The notes under the pieces: model-generated
The model's input: only the letters and a program-made list of their open reading frames with translations
The model's database searches: none
Told to the model about the DNA's origin: nothing
Position numbers and translations under genes: made by a program
In this document: one piece after another, positions 28,811 through 37,728 of the stretch
Layout of the letters: every line of letters begins with the position of its first letter
How positions within the stretch are numbered: the stretch's first letter is position 1
Assembly (NCBI GenBank): GCA_965204725.1
Contig: OZ242005.1
Location: 1,024,001-1,088,000, forward strand
Direction of reading: 5' to 3'
Origin: Candidatus Latescibacterota bacterium
Lineage (GTDB): Bacteria; Latescibacterota; UBA2968; UBA8231
DNA: 64,000 nucleotides

Positions 28811-30763
28811 TCAGCCCCAGAATATCACGTTCCAAGTCATGCCGGTGAAGTGATCGACGATCAGGTAGAAACCCCCGGGCGTGAAGTAGCCGAGGATCAT
28901 CCCCATGAAAAAGGGCCGCGTCTTTAGGTAGAGCCGCACGCCCCCGTATTTGAGCACGAGGACCTTGACGCCCCAAGCGATGAACATATTGAACCACAAG
29001 TGGTCCATGATCCAAATCGGCCCGATCACGTAGCCGAGCGGGTGCAGGGGCCACCAGACGTAGAGCCAGCGTGCGACCATCAACCCGGTCATAATCGCCG
29101 CGCCAATCCCCATGTTGATCCAGCCCCAGCCGTAGAAGTCGGTCGGCGTGCGGAGGACCTTTTCTATGTAGCTGTAGTTGCCGCCGCTCCAGATCCACAG
29201 GTTGATCGCCCCGTACTTGTGGCTGAGCAGCATGACCATCCACACGGCCGCGCCCATGGCCACGACCAGCGCCAAGACGATGATCCAAAACAGGGGCCGG
29301 CGGTTGCGCCCCAATTCCTCGCCCAGCCGCAGGCTGTTGGCGCAGGAGACCATGACGAAATTGCGCCCGGTGGTCCACAAGAAGGTCGTTGCCAAGACGA
29401 CGAGACCTTGGGCGCCAATGACCGACGAACCCACCGCAGACACCAAAATCCCCGCGGGAACCACCGGCGGGGAGCCATCGGAAAGCCCGCCCTCGGCCAC
29501 CACCCGCGAATAGCCGAAGATGATGACGACCCCCAAGAAGAGAATGGCCAGCCCAAAGACCAGCGGCAGCCCGGCCAGCCACAACCAACCCACGATGGTC
29601 AGCGAAGACCCCGCCAGCACGATCAGGGCGGCGCGGTAGGAGAGGATCTCGTCGCTGTCGTCAATGCGCTCATCGCCTTTGAACGCCTTGCGCCACACGC
29701 CCTTGAGGTGCTTGCGCGCCGTCCAGATGCCGCCCAAAAAGAGCACGAGGATCGCGCCCATCGACTGGTAGGCCAAAAAGGGATCGCGCACCGCGTGGCC
29801 GGCCCCGCCCGTCTCCGAGCTGACCACGCCGAGCAGGCCGAAAATGCCGCGCACCGCAAAGGAGAGCAGGTTGAAAAACCACAGGCTGAAGGCGATGTCG
29901 GTCTTGAGAAAGTAGAAGAAGCCGATGATGTTGAAGCGCAGCGCGATATACAAGTCGGCCGTGCGGCGAAAAACCTGCACATCCATGCGCACGGGATCGA
30001 CGTTTTGGGCGATGGGGATGGTCTCGGGGAAGTAGTTGTACAACCCGTGCAAGGTGCCCCACAGCGCGGGGATGGCAAAACCGGCCCACATGACGGGGTT
30101 TTTGAAAAAGGGGCTTAGCTTTTGGCCCTCTTCGCCCTCTGCGGTCATGGCCAGCGGCACCTGCATCAGCGGATAGATCAGCCGCTCGTGCTCAATCCAC
30201 TGTTTGCGCAAGATCGCCATGAAGGAAATCATCATCAGGAAGAGGGCGCAGATAAAGGGCGTCCACATCCCGATGACTCCGCGCCACACTTCCCAAGGAA
30301 TCGGTTCGTCCCGCCCACTGCCCTCGTAAAATTTGCGGACGGTCTCCAAGTCATGGACCATCAGCCAGTCGGGGATGTAGGGATGGATCAGCGCCCGCCA
30401 CTCGTTTTCAGCGGTGGCGTAGTAGAAGGGGTAGCTCAAGGCGCTGAGGAATTTGCCGACGAAGAGGGTTGGGATCGGCGAGGCCATGACCATCATAACA
30501 TAGACCACGAGCAGCTCGCGCCGATTGAGTCCCAAGTGGGGGTGGACGAGCTTGAGCAGGGGATTGATAAAAAGGGTCAATAGGAAGAGGATGAACACCG
30601 CCCCCGGCATACTCGTGCCCAGCGCCATAAAGGAGCCGTGCAGGTAGAGGGTGCCGTAGGCGGCCCCGGCCGACACGCTGAAGGCCCCCGCGCATCCGAC
30701 CAGCACGGACTTGAGGGTAAAAGCCGGTCCGCCGGGGGCGGTCCGCTCGGGTTTGATAGGCAT
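28811..30763 (-). CDS. Polytopic membrane protein, DUF6785/DUF6784-like (putative transporter)
   Basis: About 16 hydrophobic segments. LRKQW...ERLIYPL, WWPLHPLGY and KYGG..LY...RPFF.G motifs. Confidence 0.75.
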   Translation of the reverse strand: MPIKPERTAPGGPAFTLKSVLVGCAGAFSVSAGAAYGTLYLHGSFMALGTSMPGAVFILFLLTLFINPLLKLVHPHLGLNRRELLVVYVMMVMASPIPTLFVGKFLSALSYPFYYATAENEWRALIHPYIPDWLMVHDLETVRKFYEGSGRDEPIPWEVWRGVIGMWTPFICALFLMMISFMAILRKQWIEHERLIYPLMQVPLAMTAEGEEGQKLSPFFKNPVMWAGFAIPALWGTLHGLYNYFPETIPIAQNVDPVRMDVQVFRRTADLYIALRFNIIGFFYFLKTDIAFSLWFFNLLSFAVRGIFGLLGVVSSETGGAGHAVRDPFLAYQSMGAILVLFLGGIWTARKHLKGVWRKAFKGDERIDDSDEILSYRAALIVLAGSSLTIVGWLWLAGLPLVFGLAILFLGVVIIFGYSRVVAEGGLSDGSPPVVPAGILVSAVGSSVIGAQGLVVLATTFLWTTGRNFVMVSCANSLRLGEELGRNRRPLFWIIVLALVVAMGAAVWMVMLLSHKYGAINLWIWSGGNYSYIEKVLRTPTDFYGWGWINMGIGAAIMTGLMVARWLYVWWPLHPLGYVIGPIWIMDHLWFNMFIAWGVKVLVLKYGGVRLYLKTRPFFMGMILGYFTPGGFYLIVDHFTGMTWNVIFWG

Positions 30764-30784
30764 TAGCTAGCGAGCGCCGGCGAA

Positions 30785-31600
30785 TCAGCCGTAAAATTTG
30801 GCAACCAACTCGGCTGGTTTGCCCTGTACCGTCGCCGGATCCAGCGCCTGTGCGCCGAAGATCACGGGAAAGGGTTGGCCGGTGTCCTGGGTGCGGGTCT
30901 CGGCGTCCATATAGGTCACACTGAAAGCGCGGCGGGCCGACTCCGTGGCGTTGGTGCCCGAGCGATGCAGCAGGAAATTGTGCAGCAAAATGGCCTCCCC
31001 GGCCTCGGCTTCCAAATTGATCACCGCCTCGGGGGGCGTGTATTGGGCCTCTTGCTCGGCGGGGAGAAAGTGCCGCTCGTTGATGATGCCGTGCTGGTTG
31101 CTCCCCGGCACAATTTGCATACAGCCCGTGGCGGTGGTCGCGTCGTCGAGGGCCGTCCACACGGTGACGATGGGGTTGGTGTCAATGCCCCAGCCGATTC
31201 CCACGTCTTGATGCCAAGGCAGTTCGCGGCGGAGTTCGGGCGGTTTGTTCATAAACATCGAGCGGAACACCGAGACCTCCGCGCCGATGTAGCGGCGGGC
31301 GATTTGGCGGAAGAGGGGGTGCTGGATATAGGCGAGAAAGAGCGGGTCTTGCTCTAGGTCGTCGATGCGCCGGTACGCGAGCGTCGGCACCTCGTTGCCC
31401 ATCGTGCGGCGCACCTCGCCGCCTTCTTCAACGACCTGCAAGCGCATATTCTCGTAGCGGACGCGGCCCAGCATGATGTCGTCGATGCGCTGCTGCAAGG
31501 CGGCCAACTCGTCTGCGGACAGGACTTGGCCCAGCCGCACATAGCCTTGGGCTACAAACTGCTCGTGGTGTGCATCGTCAAAAGTGGAAAGGGCTTGCAT
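30785..31600 (-). CDS. Phytanoyl-CoA dioxygenase (PhyH) family Fe/2OG enzyme
   Basis: PWHQD, WTALDDAT...GC...PGS and LLHRSG.N....RR. Confidence 0.9.
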   Translation of the reverse strand: MQALSTFDDAHHEQFVAQGYVRLGQVLSADELAALQQRIDDIMLGRVRYENMRLQVVEEGGEVRRTMGNEVPTLAYRRIDDLEQDPLFLAYIQHPLFRQIARRYIGAEVSVFRSMFMNKPPELRRELPWHQDVGIGWGIDTNPIVTVWTALDDATTATGCMQIVPGSNQHGIINERHFLPAEQEAQYTPPEAVINLEAEAGEAILLHNFLLHRSGTNATESARRAFSVTYMDAETRTQDTGQPFPVIFGAQALDPATVQGKPAELVAKFYG

Positions 31601-31709
31601 AATGCGGTCTCCTTTTTTTAGGACGGGGTATAATGATAGTAGGGGTTTATGCGCGTGTAGTGCTGCAAGCCGTCATTGACATCGCGTCCATCCGGCTTCA
31701 AGGGACGGG

Positions 31710-31856
31710 CTACGTTTTTCGGCTACCTCTTTTTTTAGATGGCGATTTTTTCGGTGGTGGCGGTGGCGGCGGGGGTGGCTTCGGCTTCGGCTGCCTCCCG
31801 CTTTGGGGTTGGCGTCCTTCTCGCAGCGGTACATTTCTACCTTCGTTCTTAGCCAT
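31710..31856 (-). CDS. 48-aa basic proline-rich micropeptide
   Basis: ATG 31856 preceded by AAAGGAG. Sequence MAKNEGRNVPLREGRQPQSGRQPKPK-P9-KKSPSKKRGSRKT, with mixed Pro codons. Confidence 0.55.
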   Translation of the reverse strand: MAKNEGRNVPLREGRQPQSGRQPKPKPPPPPPPPPKKSPSKKRGSRKT

Positions 31857-31905
31857 AACCGCGATTTCTCCTTTCATTACGGCAACTATTTTGTTCGATC
31901 TCGTC

Positions 31906-32508
31906 CTAGTGAAAATCAATTCTATCGATACTGTCCGCCTTTAGCAGCAAGCCTTTTATCCGTTCATCTGGAACAGGCTCCTCTTGCCCTTCTACATACT
32001 CGCATACATTGCTGAGGTATAGGTCTCGCTCGGACGGGTCCGTAGAGGTAAAGCAATCGGAATCGTATAAAGCCACGATCTCCTTGCCGTCCTTCAAGTG
32101 AACCGTGATCCATTGAGACTGGGCACGCATGAACTTCCAATCCCACGCCGACGGAATGCCGTGAACAGGTTCTAGCCCGACTTTTCGCAAAAGCCAGTAC
32201 AGCCACTCTTTTTGAATCCCGTGTCCAACGAAAATCCCGATGGCGACGGGGACCAAAACGACCACTACGGCCGCCAACCAACCGACGTCCATGTCGCGAA
32301 TGCGATGGGCTACGTCAATGGCCGAACCCCAACCACACAAGGACCATACCACCACGTAATACGCGCTCGACACGGCCAAGCCGGCAGCGAAGGCCGGACG
32401 CCCGGTGGTGAAGCGAGAGATGATAAATAGAATGACATAGCCGGGCGTTAATAATGCCGCTGTCACTAGCGGCACTATGGAAATGCTGATCGCAAAATCG
32501 GTATTCAT
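31906..32508 (-). CDS. DUF6338-like membrane protein
   Basis: Three N-terminal TM helices (..PGY..). PSAWDW.F, V.LKDG and S.DP.ERDLYL motifs. GAGGA RBS. Confidence 0.75.
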   Translation of the reverse strand: MNTDFAISISIVPLVTAALLTPGYVILFIISRFTTGRPAFAAGLAVSSAYYVVVWSLCGWGSAIDVAHRIRDMDVGWLAAVVVVLVPVAIGIFVGHGIQKEWLYWLLRKVGLEPVHGIPSAWDWKFMRAQSQWITVHLKDGKEIVALYDSDCFTSTDPSERDLYLSNVCEYVEGQEEPVPDERIKGLLLKADSIDRIDFH

Positions 32509-32643
32509 TTTGTTTTCCTCAATGGATAGTGCCGCGAGCGGCTATCGACATTGCATAGACGACTCAAGGGGCGGATCGGCGGGCTATCTCGGTTCTCTAT
32601 AAAATAGAATACACCTTTTGGGTGTATTCGGGCAACGCCGCGC

Positions 32644-34245
32644 TCAAGGCTCGCGGACGGTCAGGAGCTGATCGGCTGCGACGTCGTACAAGCGTTGGAC
32701 GCGGCCGCTGGGCCAGCGGATTTCTACCTCGTCGGCGCGGGTGCGGTCGCCCAACCCGAAAAACGGGCGCGGCGCGCTTTGGCATAGGTAGCTCGACCCA
32801 GCGCGCACCACGTCCCACCACACGTGGTCGCCCGCAGCGACGCGGACCTCGGCCCCGATGGAGTCCCCGACCAACCGCAAGCTCAAATAGTGCTGGGCAT
32901 TGCCGCCGTCGTTGCGCAAGAGCGCGGCGGCTTGGTTGTTGTTGGCGACGATAATGTCGAGGTCGCCGTCGTGGTCGTAATCGCCCATGGCCGCGCCGCG
33001 GCTGACTTGCTGCAACCGCAGGCCCGGCCCCACCTGATTGCTCACGTCGGCGAAGCGCCCTTGCCCCTGATTGCGGAAGAGTTGGTTTTGCTGCGCGTAT
33101 GTCACCGCGTCGAACAAGTGGATGTTGTCGTCGAGGTGCCCGTTGGCTACAAACAAGTCGCGGTTGCCGTCGTTGTCGTAGTCAATGAAGAGGGCGCCCC
33201 ACGCGAGGAATTGCAAGCTCGGAACCCCCAATCCAGCCTGAAAGGTCACGTCGGCGAAAAACCCATTGCCGAGGTTGCGGTAGAGGCTGTTGGTTTCCCA
33301 CTGGTAGTTGGTGACAAAAAAGTCAAATCGGCCGTCGCCATCGTAGTCGCCCACGTCAACCCCCATGCCCGCCAGCGGCTTGCCCGCGTCGTTATAGGCG
33401 ACCCCGGCCAACGCGCCGACCTCGGCAAATCGGCCCCCGTCGTTGCGGTAGAGCAAGTTGGGGGTGCGGTCGCCGGCCGCGTACAAGTCGAGATCACCGT
33501 CGCCATCGTAGTCGATAAAAAAGGCCCCTAGTTCCTTGGCGGCCTCTGGGAGCAACCCAACCTCTGAGGTGACATCGGCAAAGGTGGCGTTGCCTTCGTT
33601 GCGATAAAAGACATCGCGCTGCGGTTCAAAAGCCTCCGGCCCGCAGTACACCGCGATCCCGCCGGCGCGGATGCAGGGCTGATGTATTTCGGGACGAAAC
33701 TGGGCGTAATTGGCCACGAAGAGATCTACGTCGCCGTCGCTGTCGTAGTCGGCAAAGGCCGCGCCCGTACTCATCGCGGGGTTGACTAAGACCGGCCCGG
33801 CCACGCCGGCTGCGTCGGTCGCATCCGCGAATTGGCCGGTGCCGGCATTGCGGTAGAGGATATTGGGGCCGTACGCGGTGACGTACAAGTCCAAGGTGCC
33901 GTCGCCATCGTAGTCGGCCGCGGCACAGCCCAGCCCGTAGCCCGAATGGGCCACGCCGGCTGCGTCGGTCGCGTCCGCAAACCGACCCGTGCCCTCGTTG
34001 CGATAGAGTGCGGCCGGGCCGGCGCTGTTGACGAAGTACAAGTCGAGCCACCCATCGGCATCAAAGTCGGCAAAGGCCGCGCCCGAGCCCATGGTCTCCA
34101 TGGGGTACTTTTGCCCTTGCGCCCCGTTTTGATGGCGAAAGGCGATCCCAGCCTCGGCCGTCACCTCGACGAATTGCACCTCGGCGCGGCCCAACGCGGC
34201 CTGTAGGCAGGCGAAAGCGGCTCCTAAGAGGGCGCGTCGCGTCAC
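32644..34245 (-). CDS. CRTAC1-like FG-GAP / ASPIC-UnbV protein
   Basis: GTG start overlaps the upstream stop (GTGA). FVEVTAEAGIAF.H, ETMGSG, DxDxDG repeats, GSSYLCQS and IRWPSG. Confidence 0.9.
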   Translation of the reverse strand: MTRRALLGAAFACLQAALGRAEVQFVEVTAEAGIAFRHQNGAQGQKYPMETMGSGAAFADFDADGWLDLYFVNSAGPAALYRNEGTGRFADATDAAGVAHSGYGLGCAAADYDGDGTLDLYVTAYGPNILYRNAGTGQFADATDAAGVAGPVLVNPAMSTGAAFADYDSDGDVDLFVANYAQFRPEIHQPCIRAGGIAVYCGPEAFEPQRDVFYRNEGNATFADVTSEVGLLPEAAKELGAFFIDYDGDGDLDLYAAGDRTPNLLYRNDGGRFAEVGALAGVAYNDAGKPLAGMGVDVGDYDGDGRFDFFVTNYQWETNSLYRNLGNGFFADVTFQAGLGVPSLQFLAWGALFIDYDNDGNRDLFVANGHLDDNIHLFDAVTYAQQNQLFRNQGQGRFADVSNQVGPGLRLQQVSRGAAMGDYDHDGDLDIIVANNNQAAALLRNDGGNAQHYLSLRLVGDSIGAEVRVAAGDHVWWDVVRAGSSYLCQSAPRPFFGLGDRTRADEVEIRWPSGRVQRLYDVAADQLLTVREP

Positions 34246-34493
34246 GCGCGCTCGGAGTCGCCGGCGGCTTCGCTGGCCCCGCGACCGGCGACCATGTTGC
34301 GGATCATCTGGGCCACGTCGCCAAAGCCCTTGTACGCGACAGCGATGACGATGCCGTAAAAGAGGACGCTGGCGACGATAAAAACCACCTGCCAGACCTC
34401 GCGCCAAGGCATCAGCCTAAGTTCGATGTAGGCCGCCACACCCACGAACAGCAGGGCGAAGCGGGCAATGTCTTTCCAGCGTTGGGCTTCCAT
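34242..34493 (-). CDS. Small 2-TM membrane protein, probable SSS transporter partner
   Basis: Two hydrophobic helices. Tightly coupled to both neighbours. Confidence 0.7.
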   Translation of the reverse strand: MEAQRWKDIARFALLFVGVAAYIELRLMPWREVWQVVFIVASVLFYGIVIAVAYKGFGDVAQMIRNMVAGRGASEAAGDSERA

Positions 34494-34496
34494 GGG

Positions 34497-36038
34497 TCAC
34501 TCCATGTTGCTAAAGTCTAAAGGACGCGGTGGATGGGAGCGTTGCGTGAGCGCGGCCACGACCAGCATGGCGAGGCCGCCCAAGGCGAGGCTGGTCACCC
34601 CGACGAGGTTGGAGTTTTCGACCAACGGCAACAAAAACTTGGGCACCAAGTCTTGGTTTTCGTTCATAATTAGGAAGTTGATCGGCACGAGGGCACCCAG
34701 TATCAGGGCGCAGTACGCCCCCGGGGTATTGGCCTTTTTCCAGTACAACCCCAAGGCCACGGTGCCGACGCAGCCGGAGAAGTAGATGCTGCCGGTGACG
34801 TACATAAAGCGGAAGGCCGTCTCGGGAAGCTGGTAGAATGCGCCGAAAATGGCCAAGAAGGCGGCGAGGATGACGACGATGGCCCGGGTCCAGTAGATCT
34901 CGCGCTCGCTCGACAGCCCCCCCCACGTGCCATCGGCTTCGCGCCCGCCGCTCGACTGGGCGAGCATGGCCTTAATCGGCGAGACCACGTCGCGGACGAT
35001 GACGCCGCTCCAAGCCAATAGGTAGCTGTCGTGGGTGGACATGAAGGCGGCGAACATCCCGGCCATGAGCAGGCCGGCAATGCCGATGGGCAGGATTTTG
35101 CCGAGCATTTCGGGCATGGCGTAGTGGGGGTCGAGCGCGGGGTCGCCAAAATAGGCCAGCGTCGCGATGCCCCAAAACATCGGCACCATGGCCCGCCCCA
35201 TGACCGTGCCCGCGGCGATCCAAAACACGCGGCGGGCCACTTTGGGGCTTTCGGCACTGAGCGGCCGCATCATTTCGGGTTGCCAGACCACGCCGACTAG
35301 GCCGACGCAGAACAAAAACGAGATCACGGGGAGGCCGTAGTGGGGATTGGCTATCGGGTCGAAGCCGAGGTCGCCTTTGTGCGTCTCAACGGCTTGGACG
35401 ATGGTATCCCAGCCGAGTTGCGGGTGATTGAGAATGATGTAGGTGCCAAAGAAAAACCCCAGTGCCAACAACACGAACTGAGCGAAGTCCGTCAGCACCA
35501 CGGAGACCATGCCGCCCATCAGCGTGTAGAAGACGACGATGATCAACATGCCGATCATGACGTAGTTGACGTATTCCTTGTCGAGGCCGGTGAAGCCGAC
35601 GATGAATTTGCTGCCGAGGATGGGGAACAGCCCCATGTTGAGGGTGCCGGCGAGGGTGAGGATGATGCCGCCGAGCAGGCGCACGCCGCGAGTGTACTTG
35701 AGCTCGTAGAACTCGGGCACGGTCATCACCTGCAAATGGCGCAGGCGGCTGACGATAAAGCCCGTGCGGCCAATGATTAGCGTGGTGATCAGCGCCATGA
35801 GGCCAAAGACAAAGGGCGCGAAGCCGTATTTGAAGCCTTCCTCGGCCATGTACATGACCGTGACGAGCCCGAGCCCGGTCGAGACCATGGTGGCGACGGC
35901 CATGTGGGTTTTGAGGCCGCGACCCGCGACGAGAAAGTCGGAGATGCCCTTGATGGCACTGCGCGCCAACGTACCGGCGACGATGGTGCCGCCGACATAA
36001 ACGAGGACGATGGCGTAGTCGATCCAACTCAGGTGCAT
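34497..36038 (-). CDS. Sodium:solute symporter (SSS) family transporter
   Basis: DFLVAGR, MTVPEF, YT.MGG..SV..TD and AAFMST.DS. AGGAG RBS before ATG 36038. Confidence 0.92.
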   Translation of the reverse strand: MHLSWIDYAIVLVYVGGTIVAGTLARSAIKGISDFLVAGRGLKTHMAVATMVSTGLGLVTVMYMAEEGFKYGFAPFVFGLMALITTLIIGRTGFIVSRLRHLQVMTVPEFYELKYTRGVRLLGGIILTLAGTLNMGLFPILGSKFIVGFTGLDKEYVNYVMIGMLIIVVFYTLMGGMVSVVLTDFAQFVLLALGFFFGTYIILNHPQLGWDTIVQAVETHKGDLGFDPIANPHYGLPVISFLFCVGLVGVVWQPEMMRPLSAESPKVARRVFWIAAGTVMGRAMVPMFWGIATLAYFGDPALDPHYAMPEMLGKILPIGIAGLLMAGMFAAFMSTHDSYLLAWSGVIVRDVVSPIKAMLAQSSGGREADGTWGGLSSEREIYWTRAIVVILAAFLAIFGAFYQLPETAFRFMYVTGSIYFSGCVGTVALGLYWKKANTPGAYCALILGALVPINFLIMNENQDLVPKFLLPLVENSNLVGVTSLALGGLAMLVVAALTQRSHPPRPLDFSNME

Positions 36039-36179
36039 ACGCACTCCTGATGGTCTGATAAATGGGAGGATAAGTAAGTGCGCTAATATAACTCTGGTGC
36101 TGCGGTTGTTAAACCCTGCCCGGCGTTTTGACAGCCGCCGTGGAGGGCGTTAATTAGGCATAGCCCATCAGCGAGGAGA

Positions 36180-37196
36180 ATGGTAATGGCTGAGACAAAC
36201 GTCGTCGATGCAGTGTTGAATGCGGAAGAGGGGGTCGCGCCGGTACTCTACCTGCCCAACGGCCAGCGGCTGGTGTTCCCCGGTTGCCACGCCAAACACG
36301 TGTCGGCGACCGAGATCGAGACGTACGAAGGGCGCTTTGAGTATTGGCACGGGCCGACCGAGACCTTGATCGTGTCCGATGCCGACGCCCGCATCGTCAG
36401 CGGCGACCACGAGTTGCCCGGGCAGTATCTGGCGCAGCTCGCCCAACAGCTCGCCGATGAGTGCGGAGCGCACTTTATCGCGTTTGGCACGACGAGTATC
36501 TGGCGGCTGGACGCCCAAGGGCACTACGAGGGGATCATGCGGCCCGATCAATGCGTCTATCTGCGTCCGCAGGAGGCCATATTGCCGGATCGCCAAGGAC
36601 TAAAACTCGGCGTTCACACCCTGCCGGATGTGGTTTTAGAAGTCGATCACACCACGGACATTCGGCGGGGGAAGCTGGGGCTGTACGAGTCGTGGGGGTT
36701 CCCAGAGTTGTGGGTGGAGGTGCCGGACGCGTACACGCCGAATCGGCTGGCGGGTTCGCCGGGGCTGACGATTCGCGTGTTGGAGGAGGGGTGCTATCGG
36801 GAAGTGGATGAGAGCCGGGCGTTTGCGGGCTGGACGGCGGCAGAGATTCACGCAGCCCTAAACGAGCGGACGGGCTGGTCGGCGGCGACGACCGCGGCTT
36901 TGGTGCGGGTGGGGCAAGCCCTGACGGCGCAGTTGGGCACGGCCGGCCCGAAGGGAACCCCGCGGCTGTGGCGACACCGCGCCGAGGGGCGGCGTGAAGG
37001 TCGGCAGCAGGGGTACACCGAAGGCGAGCGAGCGATGTTGTGCCGTCTAGCCGCTCGGCGGTTCGGCGGCGAGGTGGCTGCGAGCTTGGAGATGCTGTTG
37101 GCAGGCTTGGCGAGCGAGGACTTAGGAGACGTGGGCGATTGGATATTCGAATGCGCGAGCGACGAGTTGCTGCGGCGGGTGCGCGCGAGGCGCTAG
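36180..37196 (+). CDS. Uma2-like endonuclease-fold protein with a DUF4351/Rpn-like C-terminal tail
   Basis: PDQCVY, PDVVLEVD, KL.LY..WG.PELW. Tail EGRREGRQQG...EGERAML.RL..RRFG. Confidence 0.8.
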   Translation: MVMAETNVVDAVLNAEEGVAPVLYLPNGQRLVFPGCHAKHVSATEIETYEGRFEYWHGPTETLIVSDADARIVSGDHELPGQYLAQLAQQLADECGAHFIAFGTTSIWRLDAQGHYEGIMRPDQCVYLRPQEAILPDRQGLKLGVHTLPDVVLEVDHTTDIRRGKLGLYESWGFPELWVEVPDAYTPNRLAGSPGLTIRVLEEGCYREVDESRAFAGWTAAEIHAALNERTGWSAATTAALVRVGQALTAQLGTAGPKGTPRLWRHRAEGRREGRQQGYTEGERAMLCRLAARRFGGEVAASLEMLLAGLASEDLGDVGDWIFECASDELLRRVRARR

Positions 37197-37216
37197 GCTT
37201 TAGGAGGAAGGCGAGC

Positions 37217-37633
37217 TTGATACCATGGATGCTGTTGGTCGCGGCCCTGTCGTGGGCTGGTTGCGCGGGCGATGACTCGACGCTGGGGCCGGACGAGTCG
37301 GACGGCGCAGGAGCGCGTACCGAGGCGACCCGAGCGCAAGTCGGCGAAGTCTTTGCGGTGGGGTGCGCCATTTCGGGTTGTCACCGCGGCGGGCAGCCCG
37401 CGGCCGATTTGTCGCTGGCGGGCGATTTTGCCGCTCGCATCGTCGGCGTCGCCAGCAACCAGCGGCCGGATCTCTACCTCGTCGATCCGGGGAATCCCGA
37501 TGACTCGTACCTGCTGCTCAAGATGCGCGGCGACGACGAGATCGTCCTCCAGCAAATGCCGCCGGGCGGTGCTCTGCCCGCCGAGCAGGTGGCGATAATC
37601 CGCGCGTGGATCGCCGCCGGGGTGCAAGAGTAA
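37217..37633 (+). CDS. Lipoprotein with a putative monoheme cytochrome c domain
   Basis: AGGAGG RBS, TTG start and lipobox WAGC. CAISGCH, V.PG.PDDSYL, MPP and I..WI..G motifs. Confidence 0.7.
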   Translation: MIPWMLLVAALSWAGCAGDDSTLGPDESDGAGARTEATRAQVGEVFAVGCAISGCHRGGQPAADLSLAGDFAARIVGVASNQRPDLYLVDPGNPDDSYLLLKMRGDDEIVLQQMPPGGALPAEQVAIIRAWIAAGVQE

Positions 37634-37728
37634 CGCCCGTCTTTTCCGCTGCATCCCTGGTGAAATTTTCGTAGAGGAAGAGACGTGGGCGCAGATTGTG
37701 GCGAGTGCGGCCAAGGTGGGGGTTGGGG

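Noticed and set aside
33799-33972. 24-bp exact direct repeat 150 nt apart
   Set aside because: It encodes the repeated ATDAAGVA segment of FG-GAP blades. It is not CRISPR or a mobile-element end.
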